Source: Octopus bimaculoides
Lineage: Eukaryota
NCBI RefSeq assembly: GCF_001194135.2
Contig: NC_068982.1
Span: 160,555,521-160,598,224, forward strand
Length of the DNA stretch: 42,704 nucleotides
Direction of reading: 5' to 3'
A model generated the notes under the pieces. That model was given only the letters and a program-made list of their open reading frames with translations, was not told the DNA's origin and did not search any database. The position numbers and the translations under genes are program-made. Below are positions 11,431 to 23,269 of the stretch, piece by piece; position 1 is the first letter of the stretch; each line of letters starts with the position of its first letter.

Positions 11431-12150
11431 GCTTATACAAACAGATGCAAGTCCGTTAGGATGTTGTTATATAACCAACGATCGTCACGACAGAGAGTTC
11501 TTTTCACATCTATCTACAATATTAAAACAGAAAACAGCGTGTATCTCTACATTTCCGACAGACTCAATTTTGATATTAAATGAACGGGTGCGGGGCTGTT
11601 ATTTTCTAACAAGGTAAGAGTGTTTACTTAAACGAAATACATTTAAGGGAGACCATACTATCTACGACATAAAATGGAAGGACATTGAGAGATTATAACA
11701 CCAAAAATTTGTAACTATGCGAAGTTGAGGAGCGTCACATACGCATGTGCCTCAATATAACTGGTATCACAATATATTTCAAATTAGAAATTTAATTTAT
11801 ACTAAAAAAATTTACAATCACTTTACTGAATGGATTAATATATGCCTATTTATAAAGAACGCTTTTACGTTATTATTTCCCCTTTCCTCGAAACTCCTAC
11901 ATTAATTTAAATCGTAATTATTTTAGTTTTTGCTGTATCTCCCAAATGAAATGTCGTTTATCTCAATAAACGATGTAATTTAAAATGCCAACATATAAGT
12001 TAGCAGACATAACTTTACATCCTTCTCTTATTATAAAAGCGAGATATTTATTATCTCTCTAGAATTCAATAATTTTAATCATACATAGATATATTTTCAA
12101 TCATAAGACTACATTACATAATTTTCGAAATCCCAATGAAATTAACTTAC

Positions 12151-12196
12151 CCAGAATATTTATGATTAACAAGTAATTCTGTACGTCTGTCATGAT
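12151..12196 (-). CDS. Candidate 46 nt exon (two frames open)
   Basis: Strong donor CTGG|gtaagtt and acceptor aaaatcttag; reads IMTDVQNYLLIINIL or DHDRRTELLVNHKYS. Confidence 0.17.
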
Positions 12197-12953
12197 CTAA
12201 GATTTTGGAACAAGAATTAATGACAGTTATAAATCATTTTCCAAAAACAGTGCCATGAGAGAGATATCCTGTGCGTGGGTTCAGATAGCAATTTTGATTC
12301 TTACTTAACTTTACATTCCATAGAGTAATAAAATATTGTGTTCAAACCATAGGATCATCTTTACTCATCTATATCCTTGCATAATCCCTCTTTTGTTATG
12401 CTATCTGACAATTATTTATACCCTAGGCATGCTCATTCAAAGGTAATAACATGGAATATCGGGTACTACCACTACTGTTATCGATTAAATAATGGACCCC
12501 TATACATTTCCACACAGTCTGGCGTAAATGTTTTATGACAGCATAAGGAATACTTCAGAATAGATGCAGTGTACGATACTGTCTTTAGAAACATGTTCGG
12601 ATAAGTTATTTCTTCTGTTGTGGAAGTTAACAGACGTACACACAAGCCCAAAAATCTAATAAAGATGGGCGTGCACGTGAGTGTATAGCACACAGCATGT
12701 AAAAAGGTCAAAGTTGTGAAACAGGTGAGGAAGACGCAACTTCTTTCATGTGGTTGAATATAGCGTTTATTTAAATTTTATTCGTGTCTTACAACTCAAA
12801 TGTTACACTACTAAGTTCTTAACTAAATAGTGGACTCCTGTATATATGTGTACGTATTTATATATTTACCATACATTTTTTCACTTATTGAGTAACGCAA
12901 CGCACTCTGGTTTTTATTAACAGTAAGCTATATACATATATATAAATATACAT

Positions 12954-13020
<67 letters not shown>

Positions 13021-13353
13021 NNNNNNNNNNNNNNNNNNNNNNNNNNNNNNNNNNNNNNNNNNNNNNNNNNNNNNNNNNNNNNNNNNNNNNNNNNNNNNNN
13101 NNNNNNNNNNNNNNNNNNNNNNNNNNNNNNNNNNNNNNNNNNNNNNNNNNNNNNNNNNNNNNNNNNNNNNNNNNNNNNNNNNNNNNNNNNNNNNNNNNNN
13201 NNNNNNNNNNNNNNNNNNNNNNNNNNNNNNNNNNNNNNNNNNNNNNNNNNNNNNNNNNNNNNNNNNNNNNNNNNNNNNNNNNNNNNNNNNNNNNNNNNNN
13301 NNNNNNNNNNNNNNNNNNNNNNNNNNNNNNNNNNNNNNNNNNNNNNNNNNNNN

Positions 13354-14549
13354 TGACAAAAAATGAGGAAATCAAAATTTTGAAAAAGCTGATTTTTTTG
13401 TTTTCATTTTGTTTTTGTTTTTTTTTTGCAGATTCGGAATCTCCGCAGTCGAAAAAGTGGGTCTCTGTAGAAACGCCAGCCCCCACCCTTGTGTTTAAAC
13501 AGTTTACATAAAAGTGTTCAAAATAGGCATGTAAAATAAGTTCATAATTGTTTATAAGTTTATCAGAAATCATAATTGTTTACACAGAAAGAATTTGTAG
13601 ACAATATTTTATAGGACAAAAGCGAGTATTGCTTTGTCAAAAGTTCATCAAAAATCATAATGTGTGTGTAAGTGTGTATACGTATGTGTGTAGGGGGAGT
13701 GCATATGTATTTGTGTAAGTGTGTATGTGTGTGTGAGTATGTTGTATTTGTCAGGGGCTGCATGTGTGTCCGCCTGTGTGTACGTGTACGTACTGTGCGT
13801 ATTTAAACTGGGTATGCGTTTGTGTGTGTGTATGTGAGTTTGGTTTATGTATTTTTCAGGTGTGTGTGCATGTGTGTGTATGCTATATTTGCTGTGGAGA
13901 AGTGTGTGTGTACGTGTGAATGCGTGTGTATGTGCATCTTATTTTTCTGTGTGGTGTGTGCGTATGTTTGAGTGTGTTTTTGTTAGCGTTGTATTTGTAT
14001 TGTTTGTGCAGTGTGTGTGTATATGTGTGGGTGTACTTGTCAGGGTGATGTCTGTTATTGTGTGCACGTACGTGCTTTTGTGTGTATATGTGTGTATGTG
14101 TATGTGTATGTGTCTGTGAGCGTTTGTTGTGATCGTTGGAATTGTATTGCGTGTGTATATGCGTGTTTTTTCTTTGAGAGTGTGCGCGTATTTTTACTGG
14201 GAAATGGGCATATTGTGTTTGTGTGTGTGTATGTATGTGTGTATATATATGTGTGGGGGTGTTGTATTTGTTTGTGTTTGTGTATGTATCTGTGTATGTG
14301 TCTGTGTGTTTGGAATTTATATTTTTTTCATTTACAAAATATGCATTTTTTAAAGGAAGTAAAAAATCTGAAAATCGGCTCTAATAATATGACATTCCAG
14401 TCTCATTGCTTTGAAGGTATGATGTTGTGGAGAAAAAAATTGGAGGAAAATCTTCCAGAGATTTAAAAATCGGAAAAAAAACATCTATTTTTAGCTAATA
14501 GCGAGACAGAGCTTTTCTGCGTTTAGCGGAGCGGTGTCAACTTTAAGGA
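13354..14549. mobile_element. Putative non-autonomous DNA-transposon-like repeat with long degenerate TG-rich interior
   Basis: The right end reads ...gatgCACCCTG, a CAGGGTG-type terminus typical of Tc1/mariner/pogo MITEs. The left end is lost in the 13021-13353 gap. The interior 13660-14310 is degenerate (TG)n. Confidence 0.3.
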
Positions 14550-16063
14550 TGCACCCTGTGAAATTTATAGTTTAGCGTCTGACCTGTTCATTGTAGATTT
14601 CAAAATAAACAGAAATACCTAATAAAATCAACATGTATCATCTTGTTTCTTTTGTCTCTTCATTGACTGTATTTTTTATTATTTTTTTAATTTGTTATAT
14701 TAATATATTTGTCTGCATGTGTTTACTTTATGTGTATTTCAGTATTATGTATACCTGTTATGTATTTGTGTACATCATTAATATATGTGTGTGTATGTGT
14801 GTGAAAACGGGGCATGTGTCTCCAAAACTCCATAGTTGAGTAACGTTTTCATGCTTGGATTTGTAAACTATGATAAGAATAAGAGTAGTCAACAAAGAAT
14901 TTGTTCCAAGAAAAAGAATACCTGTATCTTTTATTTTTCTGCATGCAGAATTCAAAAACAATATCAAGTCATTTGTATCACCTACAGTTTCTCTGCTCCA
15001 CGATATCCCTTTCAGTTCCTGTTACGTGGGCTAAATTTCAGTTAAGCTGTTGAAATGTGAAGCCAACGGTTTAAGAAATATTCCTAATTGAAATTTTTAC
15101 GAATAAAATTAGCCTAGTGAAATCATAAATTCAGCTATCTGAGTCACTGAGTCCCAAAAATATCTGAAATGAAAAATATGTAACAATACTAACACACAGA
15201 AGCACATGAGAAAAATCAACATAGACAACAGCGGCACAGACAACAGTGAACCACAACTCAGTGTGCGATTGTCATAGTAACAAGCTGTTAATGCCACGCT
15301 GTCTATTGGTTGGCTAAAATTACCCAAATTTCCCAACTTTAATTCCAAATCACATCGGATTCTTTAATTTAGATAAAGTAATTGGTTGATAGTAATCAAA
15401 ATTCAGAGGTGCATCGATACACCAAAATTGAAAGCAATCTGAGCAAAATTAAGGGGGCTCATTTTGCGAATGAGAAAGACAAGATCCTGTGTTTGTTGTG
15501 GATGGTTTTTTTTTGGCGTTTTTTTTTTGGTGGGGGGCGGTTACGGATATTATGTTGTGTGCGCGCACGTTTGTATATGTGTGTGTTTTGTTTGTATTTT
15601 TCTGTGTGGTGTGTGTATATATGTGGGTGTATTTGTGTGAGTGTGTCTTGTAATTGTCAGGGTGGCATATATATANNNNNNNNNNNNNNNNNNNNNNNNN
15701 NNNNNNNNNNNNNNNNNNNNNNNNNNNNNNNNNNNNNNNNNNNNNNNNNNNNNNNNNNNNNNNNNNNNNNNNNNNNNNNNNNNNNNNNNNNNNNNNNNNN
15801 NNNNNNNNNNNNNNNNNNNNNNNNNNNNNNNNNNNNNNNNNNNNNNNNNNNNNNNNNNNNNNNNNNNNNNNNNNNNNNNNNNNNNNNNNNNNNNNNNNNN
15901 NNNNNNNNNNNNNNNNNNNNNNNNNNNNNNNNNNNNNNNNNNNNNNNNNNNNNNNNNNNNNNNNNNNNNNNNNNNNNNNNNNNNNNNNNNNNNNNNNNNN
16001 NNNNNNNNNNNNNNNNNNNNNNNNNNNNNNNNNNNNNNNNNNNNNNNNNNNNNNNNNNNNNNN

Positions 16064-16106
<43 letters not shown>

Positions 16107-16108
16107 CT

Positions 16109-16278
16109 TAGTTTACTAACACTTGTATAGTTTACTAAGAACTATATAGTTTACTAACACCTGTATACAGGTCTTAGTAAACTAATTTGGTATCTCAAAG
16201 ATTAATAAGCAACTATGTATCCTCTTTTCCAAACCTACACTGGTAAACACCTATAAAGAACGTGTTTACAGGTGTTTA
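16109..16278. repeat. Cluster of 19 bp-period direct repeats and palindromes
   Basis: TAGTTTACTAA at 16109, 16128 and 16147, with an inverted copy at 16174 around the palindrome CCTGTATACAGG. TAAACACCT/AGGTGTTTA inverted pair at 16244/16270. Confidence 0.85.
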
Positions 16279-16576
16279 TACATTGGAAAAATCACTCTTT
16301 CAGCTATTTCAAATAATATCTATTTTTTACCTAATAATATCTGCTACTTAATTTTATTCTTACTTCCCATACTTCCTAATCTTTCCTTTATTTTTTCTTT
16401 CCATAAATTTATGCGTGTATGTATATGCATGTATATATGTATATGTGTGCATGTCTGTATTTATATGTATGCGAGCTAGTAGTGCTGATTAGTGCCCTTG
16501 TTCACTTTAGTGACAGGTATATTTCTGCATTTAAGCAGTAAAATTGCGAATTAACGACCTATAGTATTTATATATA

Positions 16577-16754
16577 GGTGCAGGAGTGGCTGTGTGGTAA
16601 GTAGCTTGCCTACCAACCACATGGTTCCGGGTCCAGTCCTACTATGTGACACCTTGGGCAAGTGTCTTCTACTATAGCCTCGGGCCGACCAAAGCTTTGT
16701 GAGTGAATTTACTCGGCGGAAACTGAAAGAAGTCCGTCTTATATGTGTGTGTGC

Positions 16755-16827
<73 letters not shown>

Positions 16828-17098
16828 TGTGTCTGTGTGTGTCTGTGTGTGTATGTCTGTGTGTGTGTGTGTCTGTGTGTGTGTCTGTGTGTGTGTGTAT
16901 TTGTGTGTCTGTGTTTGTCCCCCTAACATCACTTGACGACGTTGCTGGTGTGTTTACGTCCCCGTAACTTAGCGGTTCGGCAAAAAAGACCAATAGAATA
17001 AGTACTAGGCTTACAAAGAGTAAGTTCTGGGGTCGATTTGCTCGACTAAATCGGTGCTCCAGCATCGCCGCAGTCAAATGACTGAAACAAGTAAAAGA
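16577..17098 (+). mobile_element. Composite tRNA-derived SINE family B (CORE-like domain + internal (TG)n + 3' module)
   Basis: A-box-like TGGCTGTGTGG (16587), B-box-like GGGTCCAGTCC (16629) and CORE-like CACCTTGGGCAAGTG (16650). (TG)n runs 16741-16915, and the 3' end is cagtcaaatgactgaaacaagtaaaaga. Confidence 0.85.
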
Positions 17099-17129
17099 TG
17101 ATATATATATATATATATATACACACACA

Positions 17130-17181
<52 letters not shown>

Positions 17182-17889
17182 TACATGCATACATACATAT
17201 GCATACATACACTCAGAAATGCACAGAGACGCGCGCGCGCCCCCACACAAACGCCCAGACTCACAAACGTTCTTTCAGAAATCAACAATAAATAAAAAAA
17301 AACAATACAAATGCTGATATTGACATTAATGTACACGAGGATGATGATGTTCTTAACGATTATTATATTTATGATGAAAATTATAAATTAAAATGATAGT
17401 GATAAATTTCAGGAAGGTGCTAAGTATCTTCATCATAAACATGATTTTAATTTTATATTGTGCTCTTTAAAACTAGATCGCGTTAATACTTTCAAAATTC
17501 ATATTTTAACACATTAATGGAAAGAATGTGTTTTATGTATTACAAGGAAGCTTAAGGTTTCCTAGAGTTATTCATAGCTTGGTCAATGTTCTTCTATTCT
17601 TTGGAATTTTTAAACTTCGGCATTGAGTACCAACGTGCATAAGAATGTAATGGGTATTTTGTTAGATCTATGGTTGAAGTGATCGAGAATATATATATAC
17701 TTCATAGTTCCAAACTTTGGTCATCCGCTCTGCTAGGTACCTTAGGTAAATTTATATGAACTTAGAGTTTACCATGTCCTCTCTTAATCTATGAATATTT
17801 GATTTTAGATTAATTTGACTGCTATTTTTCATTAGTTTAGAGAGCAAATAGAATATTCTTTCTTTTCTCGATTTGATTTCAGTCATACT

Positions 17890-18480
17890 GGCTGATGACT
17901 ATATTTCTGAAATCATTCTGTTTCCTCTATGACTATGCTTCCATTCTATCTCTTTACCGTGATGTCGTAGGAGCAGTCATTATTGATATCACAACCATAT
18001 TTCGACACTTTACCCGGTCTTATACTGCCCAACGTGAGTCAATAACCCGGATGACATCCGATCTGGTATTAGCTCTGGTCTTGTTGTCATTATTATGAAT
18101 GTATTATGGGCAGGTTAACTTGGCTGCGCAGATTCCTCTCCAAGCTGTTGACCATAACCGTATGTATCTACACGAAATACGCCTTGCCCCCAAACACACT
18201 GTCGTTGACCTGAGCAATTCCTCCATCCTAGCCAGTTACTCCGTGGGGAGCCTTACCAGCACTCTTTCGGCTAATGGTACCTTGTTAACACCATCCCCTC
18301 GCTTGGTTTAGCTTACCAGCTGAAGTGGGTGCCGGAGTATGTTACAAGAAGCCATGAAGTGTGAGAAAGTTTTTGAATGAAAACCAGCGACGCCTGTCCA
18401 TCTGACCATCCCTGGCAAGTTGCAGATGCTAGATACCAAAAGTACTGCCTCTGTTCTGAGTCCTCTACACCCCATCTAGA
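17890..18480 (-). mobile_element. Decayed 5' UTR / endonuclease start of an RTE-like LINE
   Basis: GC-rich island with a degenerate IRV..(T.N)VGSIR.GK APE-start-like peptide near 18010-18060. Recognised as a recurrent cephalopod repeat. Confidence 0.4.
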
Positions 18481-19039
18481 ATTACGTTACGAAGTAATTG
18501 TAAGTGATACGTCATTATTTTTTTTTAATTTATTTTTTAAGAAAGATAATACTTGTAGACGCTTAGTTGGCACATATCAAGTTAGGCTGTTACAAAATTT
18601 CAGGTTGTTTTGTTCAATATATACCTTATTAGTGAGAAGAAAACCTTCAAATTTAAGCAGATCATGATGATACGGCATATTTTTCTTTTTTCATTTTCTA
18701 TTTTCAATCATTGGACTGCACACACTCATCATACACTCATACACTCATATGCTATATCTGCCAAATTACCCTCACAATGTCATGTTCATCCTGAAGTTAT
18801 AGTAACTATCGGGCGGGTTTTAAGCTAGCTCCTGTGGAGGGCACTTCACTGGGACTTGAGCCCAATAATGACACTCCATGCATTGAGTATATATTAAATT
18901 TTATTAAACTTGACCGACGTTTTTCAAGCAATGAACAATTGTCATCAAAACAATGATATATCGACTTGGAACTTATTGCAAATCTTCATTATAAACAACA
19001 CTTTTTGTCTTCCCATTGGGGGGTTAGTACATTTTTTTT

Positions 19040-19059
19040 TTGTCTAACCCCTTTCTTTC

Positions 19060-19102
<43 letters not shown>

Positions 19103-19440
19103 GTCTCTCTCTCTCTCTCGCTCTCTCTTTCTGTTAATTGTTTTAAACCATCATCATCATCACCAGTACCACCACCATCATCACCACAACTGCCACACAC
19201 ACACACACAACATTCAGACTTCTGACGCCATCAACATCAATACCTTTGACTTCGCCGCCTTCTCCTCCACCACCATCACCACTGTCTTTCACATAACTTA
19301 CCATCACCGTCATGCTTGACCGCCTCAACTACCACCACCACCTCATCACCACCGTCGCCTCCGCCTCTGTCACAACAGCTCATACTATTACTATTACCCC
19401 ATTACCATCTCAACTGTCAATCTACTACCGCCATCATTGT
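19040..19440. repeat. (CT)n plus degenerate (CAT/CAC)n low-complexity tract
   Basis: Direct reading; source of the poly-His/Ser ORFs. Confidence 0.9.
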
Positions 19441-19843
19441 ATCTATGCCTACTATTACCCTCACCCCAGCAAGAAGAGTAGAAGTGTCGTTGAACAGTGA
19501 GAGAGGAGGCCAAAGTGTGACACACTGACACACAGAATATCGTTTTGACATTTATCATTATAGATGATACCTGACCACTGTGTAATGATACCAAAATCAT
19601 AACTATGATTCCGAAACGTAATTCTTCGCCAAGCACCTAAGCCTACATGAATTGGCAGCATATTTAACCGAAAAATCATTACATTTCATATTAAATACTT
19701 CAAATGAAGGACATTGAAAGTCAATATTTTCATAACAGCTAACGTAAATGCTTTATCATTACTTCCATTACATTGATTTCAATTATTTGTAAATTAAAAT
19801 TAATCGTCTATCACTACCAACTGTCCCTGTTACCTAAATTCAC

Positions 19844-20048
19844 CTGTGAGGTCCCGGTCAAGCCAAAGTCATGTAAACGGCATTTCCCATGATAACATAT
19901 AGTTGAATCGAAGTCGAGATAACGTAGTTGCGAAGATTTAACATTATAACCCCCGAACAATAGTACATTGTATGCAAGCTCTGACTTCATCCACCTCAAG
20001 TTGATCAACTGGGACATTGATCTTAAAATACTCGGTGTCGACAATGAT
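19844..20048 (-). CDS. Best candidate coding exon, 205 nt (RSLSTPSILRSMSQLINLRWMKSELAYNVLLFGGYNVKSSQLRYLDFDSTICYHGKCRLHDFGLTGTSQ); product unknown
   Basis: Acceptor ttgtgtttctgtag, donor CAG|gtgaat (alternative TAG|gtaac at 19834), 68 open codons, and non-repetitive sequence more GC-rich than its flanks. Confidence 0.33.
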
Positions 20049-20278
20049 CTACAGAAACACAATTAATTATGTATTACAAAGTATCCACAAGACTTACCTT
20101 CCACACACACACACACATAAATATATATGCATATATGTATGTGAACGTATTCTTGTACGTGTGTGTGTGTACGTGTGTGTGTGTACGTGTGCGTGTGTGT
20201 GTGTATAAATATATTGATTATCAATATTAAAATATTGCTGTATACGATACACACATTTGATAAAAACGAATATCATTA

Positions 20279-20325
<47 letters not shown>

Positions 20326-20741
20326 CATATTGATATACATATATATATGCATATATATATTATGTTTTTATATCTATATGCATATTTATCTATGTATTGC
20401 GCGTGTGCGCGCGCGTGTCAAAATATATGAATTCAAGTAATTCGGTAGTACTCATAGAAAAAACTCCTTAAGGTATCATTGTACAACCAGCTAGAATATA
20501 TTGTAGAATACAAAGACTTTCTTTCACCTGACGACATGGCTCACATTCTGCATTATTTTGAACGAATTTTTTGCATTTTGTATTAATGCAGACATGTAAT
20601 TTATTAATTATCAAATATGATAATATAAATATTTTTGCATGTTTTTGAGTTACGAAGTAATTTTTCGTGATATTAGGATTTTTTTTTTTTTAATTGTTAA
20701 ATAAAGTTCATCAAAATATATCCCTTTCGTTTATGACTTTT

Positions 20742-20781
<40 letters not shown>

Positions 20782-21402
20782 TGTGCATTCGTGAGTAATC
20801 GAGTCTGACATACAGAAATAGGCGGGAAGACACAGAAATGTGACAGTCTTTTTATTGTATAAAGTTGACCAAACCATTTTCTATTCACGTATTTTCCTAT
20901 CTCCCACTCTATCTATACGCACACACAACACAATGTTACTGATCAAAACTAACAGCCTCTTTTCATTAAGCCACCATACAATAGTCACAAAAATATGACT
21001 ACATTTTTAATTTGTTATAGTAAGCATAACTTTTAAGAATAAACGACGAATTGGTTTCTTACTCTTCTCTTGGACAAATAGGTGTATAGATTTCTTTACT
21101 CTTTGCAATCTTAATCGTTTCCAGCGATACACATAATTTTCCTGATCATAAATCTAGTTTATATTGTAAATTATATATATTTTCGTTTTCAGAAAATTAC
21201 TGCATCAAAATCTTTCACGTCGATTTTTCCCTCGTTTTACCTCTTTCATTTTTCTCTTTATTTAACAATATATTAGACAAGGCATCTCAGTTTATTTATT
21301 TCTCTCTCATTTATTTCTCATCTATTTGTAAATAATATCCTTCCTATCAATTTACCATATGGCTGCGCATACACCCAAACACACACGCGATCACACACAC
21401 AT

Positions 21403-21467
<65 letters not shown>

Positions 21468-21759
21468 CAGATACTCATACACACACGTTCATACACATAT
21501 CTACATATATACTTACCCATACCCATCCGCGCACGCAAACGCATCTAAAGAATTCTCAAAATATATTCTGGAATTAGTAAATAACTACCACATAACAATG
21601 TTTCAAATAAACACAGACTAGCTACCAACAAACAGTGCGTCAGACATAACGTATACTACGTGCAGTGCCATTCAAAATCTATTTACGTTGTTGAAAGAGG
21701 GAACTGGACTACTGACTAAATATATTTTTGTCTTTTGTGAGTTGATTTCAGGGAGAAAT

Positions 21760-22058
21760 TTTCTTCGATATACCCCAGAGTTCGCCAGTTGAATGCCCTA
21801 ATATTTCTTAAATTCAACCTTCACTGTAATGTTTTCCTCACTCTCCTTGTATAATCTCTACTTATTGTTTCATCTCTTCATGTTTTAATTCATCTGCTGC
21901 CAGTAAACCCAAATATTTATACCACCTTCCTTATCCAACTGATCTGCTTGTTTGCCCATTTGCCCTTTCGGTTCCCTGTTTCATTATCGAACTAGCACAC
22001 TTATGAAGCTCGAATTCCAATCTTACGTCATTAAAGAAAATACGAACTGTATGTACAA
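21760..22058 (-). mobile_element. R4/Dong-like RT fragment, downstream part
   Basis: Peptides HTVRIFFNDVRLEFELHKCASSIMKQG, YKYLGLLAADELKHEEMK and DYTRRVRKTL..LNLRNI match post-YMDD motifs of R4/Dong RTs. Confidence 0.85.
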
Positions 22059-22099
22059 AACGTTTCGGCTGATATACACTCCAGCCTTCTTCAGGTGTC
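22059..22099 (-). ncRNA. Minimal hammerhead ribozyme motif (PLE-type variant), ending at predicted cleavage site
   Basis: Minus strand reads GACAC-CUGAAGA-A-GGCUG-(10 nt)-CAGCC-GAA-ACGU-U. There is one extra A before stem II and a palindromic ACGU stem III. The 3' strand of stem I is absent because target DNA begins there. Confidence 0.7.
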
Positions 22100-22173
22100 T
22101 TGGGGAAATTTCGAACCTGGATTCTCATTCCTAAGGCATTTTTCGATGTTGTTGTTGTCATTATTAATGTTCA

Positions 22174-22245
22174 GGTCACTGCCTGCAGTCGAACTCCGAA
22201 TCTTGGGGTTAGTAGCCCACGCTCTTAACCACTACGCCATATGCC
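22174..22245 (-). promoter_or_regulatory. tRNA-like Pol III internal promoter (SINE head, not a functional tRNA)
   Basis: A box TGGCGTAGTGG (22229-22239), B-box-like AGTTCGACTGC (22185-22195) and an anticodon-like arm with loop CTACTAA. The acceptor and T stems pair poorly. Confidence 0.7.
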
Positions 22246-22363
22246 CGTGGGCAGTTATGGAGTGAATTTTAGGGCTTGTAAATCTAATATTTTCCTATCC
22301 TTCCTTTATACCGGTTCCCATATGCTATGCATATCTACACTCGGTCTGCTTAGAACTGTATTA

Positions 22364-22980
22364 GTATGTACAACGCTGTCCAGATGGTTCTTATTCTTCG
22401 TATAAAGCTTTAAATCATCCATGAACATTTTACAGATACCATCCTTTTCCCAAATCATAAGCTACTTTGACTTTCTGTAATATCAAACCGAGCGGTTTCA
22501 TGACCAATGCAAATATTAATAGAGACGAGCTATCGCCTTGAAATATTTCACATTCACCTTCCCAAGTTTTTGCTTTTCTCAAGGCCAGTTTCTCCATATA
22601 TTCTCCTACTCCAAAACATGTTCATTGTTTTAATCATCCAACTGTGCAGTATCGTGTTATATGCTTTTTTTTTTATAATCCTGCCATGCTACATTCCATC
22701 TTGTGAATCTGCGTCTGTAATTTCTAATTACCATTTTATCAACTAACGACTGATCATTTATTACTTTCCTTCGCCTCTTGTACCCCTTCTGTTCCTCTGG
22801 AAATAAGTTGTTACTTTCCAGATGATGATACACCGTTTTCCGCCAAGACACCGACCATAAGCTTCCATGTAAGTGGTAAACAGTTTATAGACTGAAATTC
22901 TGGAGGTTTTCCCTTGCACTGGACCCTTAAGGCAAAAAAAAGTTTATCCATTTGTGAACCAGGTCGTGACTGCCGATGGG
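22364..22980 (-). mobile_element. R4/Dong-like RT fragment, upstream part (frameshifts and a deletion)
   Basis: WFTNG*TF.CLKGP.QG, INCLPLTWKL, HLESNNLFPEEQKG, AWQDYKK, IFQGDSSSLLIF and MFMDDLKLY. Confidence 0.88.
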
Positions 22981-22984
22981 GCTC

Positions 22985-23232
22985 CTACAAAATAAAGGTG
23001 TTTAGGACCCCTGTCACATCCTCCATCTTCTCAATATATTCAAAACGACTGCCCCTGAGATTCTCTTTCAGGTTAGGGAACAACCAAAAGTCAATGGGAT
23101 CAAGCTCTGGACAGTGGGTAGGGTGAGAAAGAGTTTACATTCCTATCTCTATCAAGTAGTTGGTTACTATGATGGAATTGTGACGGGTAGATTTTTGTAG
23201 ATTGTTTTTGTATCTTCGTGAAAAGACCAGAC
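22985..23232 (-). mobile_element. Mariner transposase C-terminal relic
   Basis: WSFHED..N.PV(H)NSIIVTNYLIEIGM*TLSHPTHCPELDPIDFWLFPNLKENLRGSRF matches the WHFHQDNAPVHNS / HPPYSPDLAPCDFWLFPKLKENLRG pattern. Confidence 0.8.
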
Positions 23233-23269
23233 CAGCATTACTACAGTAGGCAGTGTCTTTACTGTGGTT

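Larger units (their letters stand above)
22059..22363 (-). mobile_element. 305 bp insertion: leader + tRNA-like Pol III head + (AAT/AAC)n + hammerhead ribozyme, with 10 bp TSD
   Basis: TSD GTATGTACAA at 22049-22058 and 22364-22373. Removing the insert restores the RT frame ..HLDSVVHT|VRIFF... Confidence 0.85.

Noticed and set aside
11562-11613. Plus-strand mini-exon with good splice sites (also 37142-37183 and 38215-38275)
   Set aside because: Short, no recognisable peptide and no consistent chain; expected by chance in 40 kb of AT-rich DNA.
22174-22245. tRNA gene
   Set aside because: Acceptor and T stems do not pair and it lies inside a TSD-bounded insertion; it is a SINE-type head.
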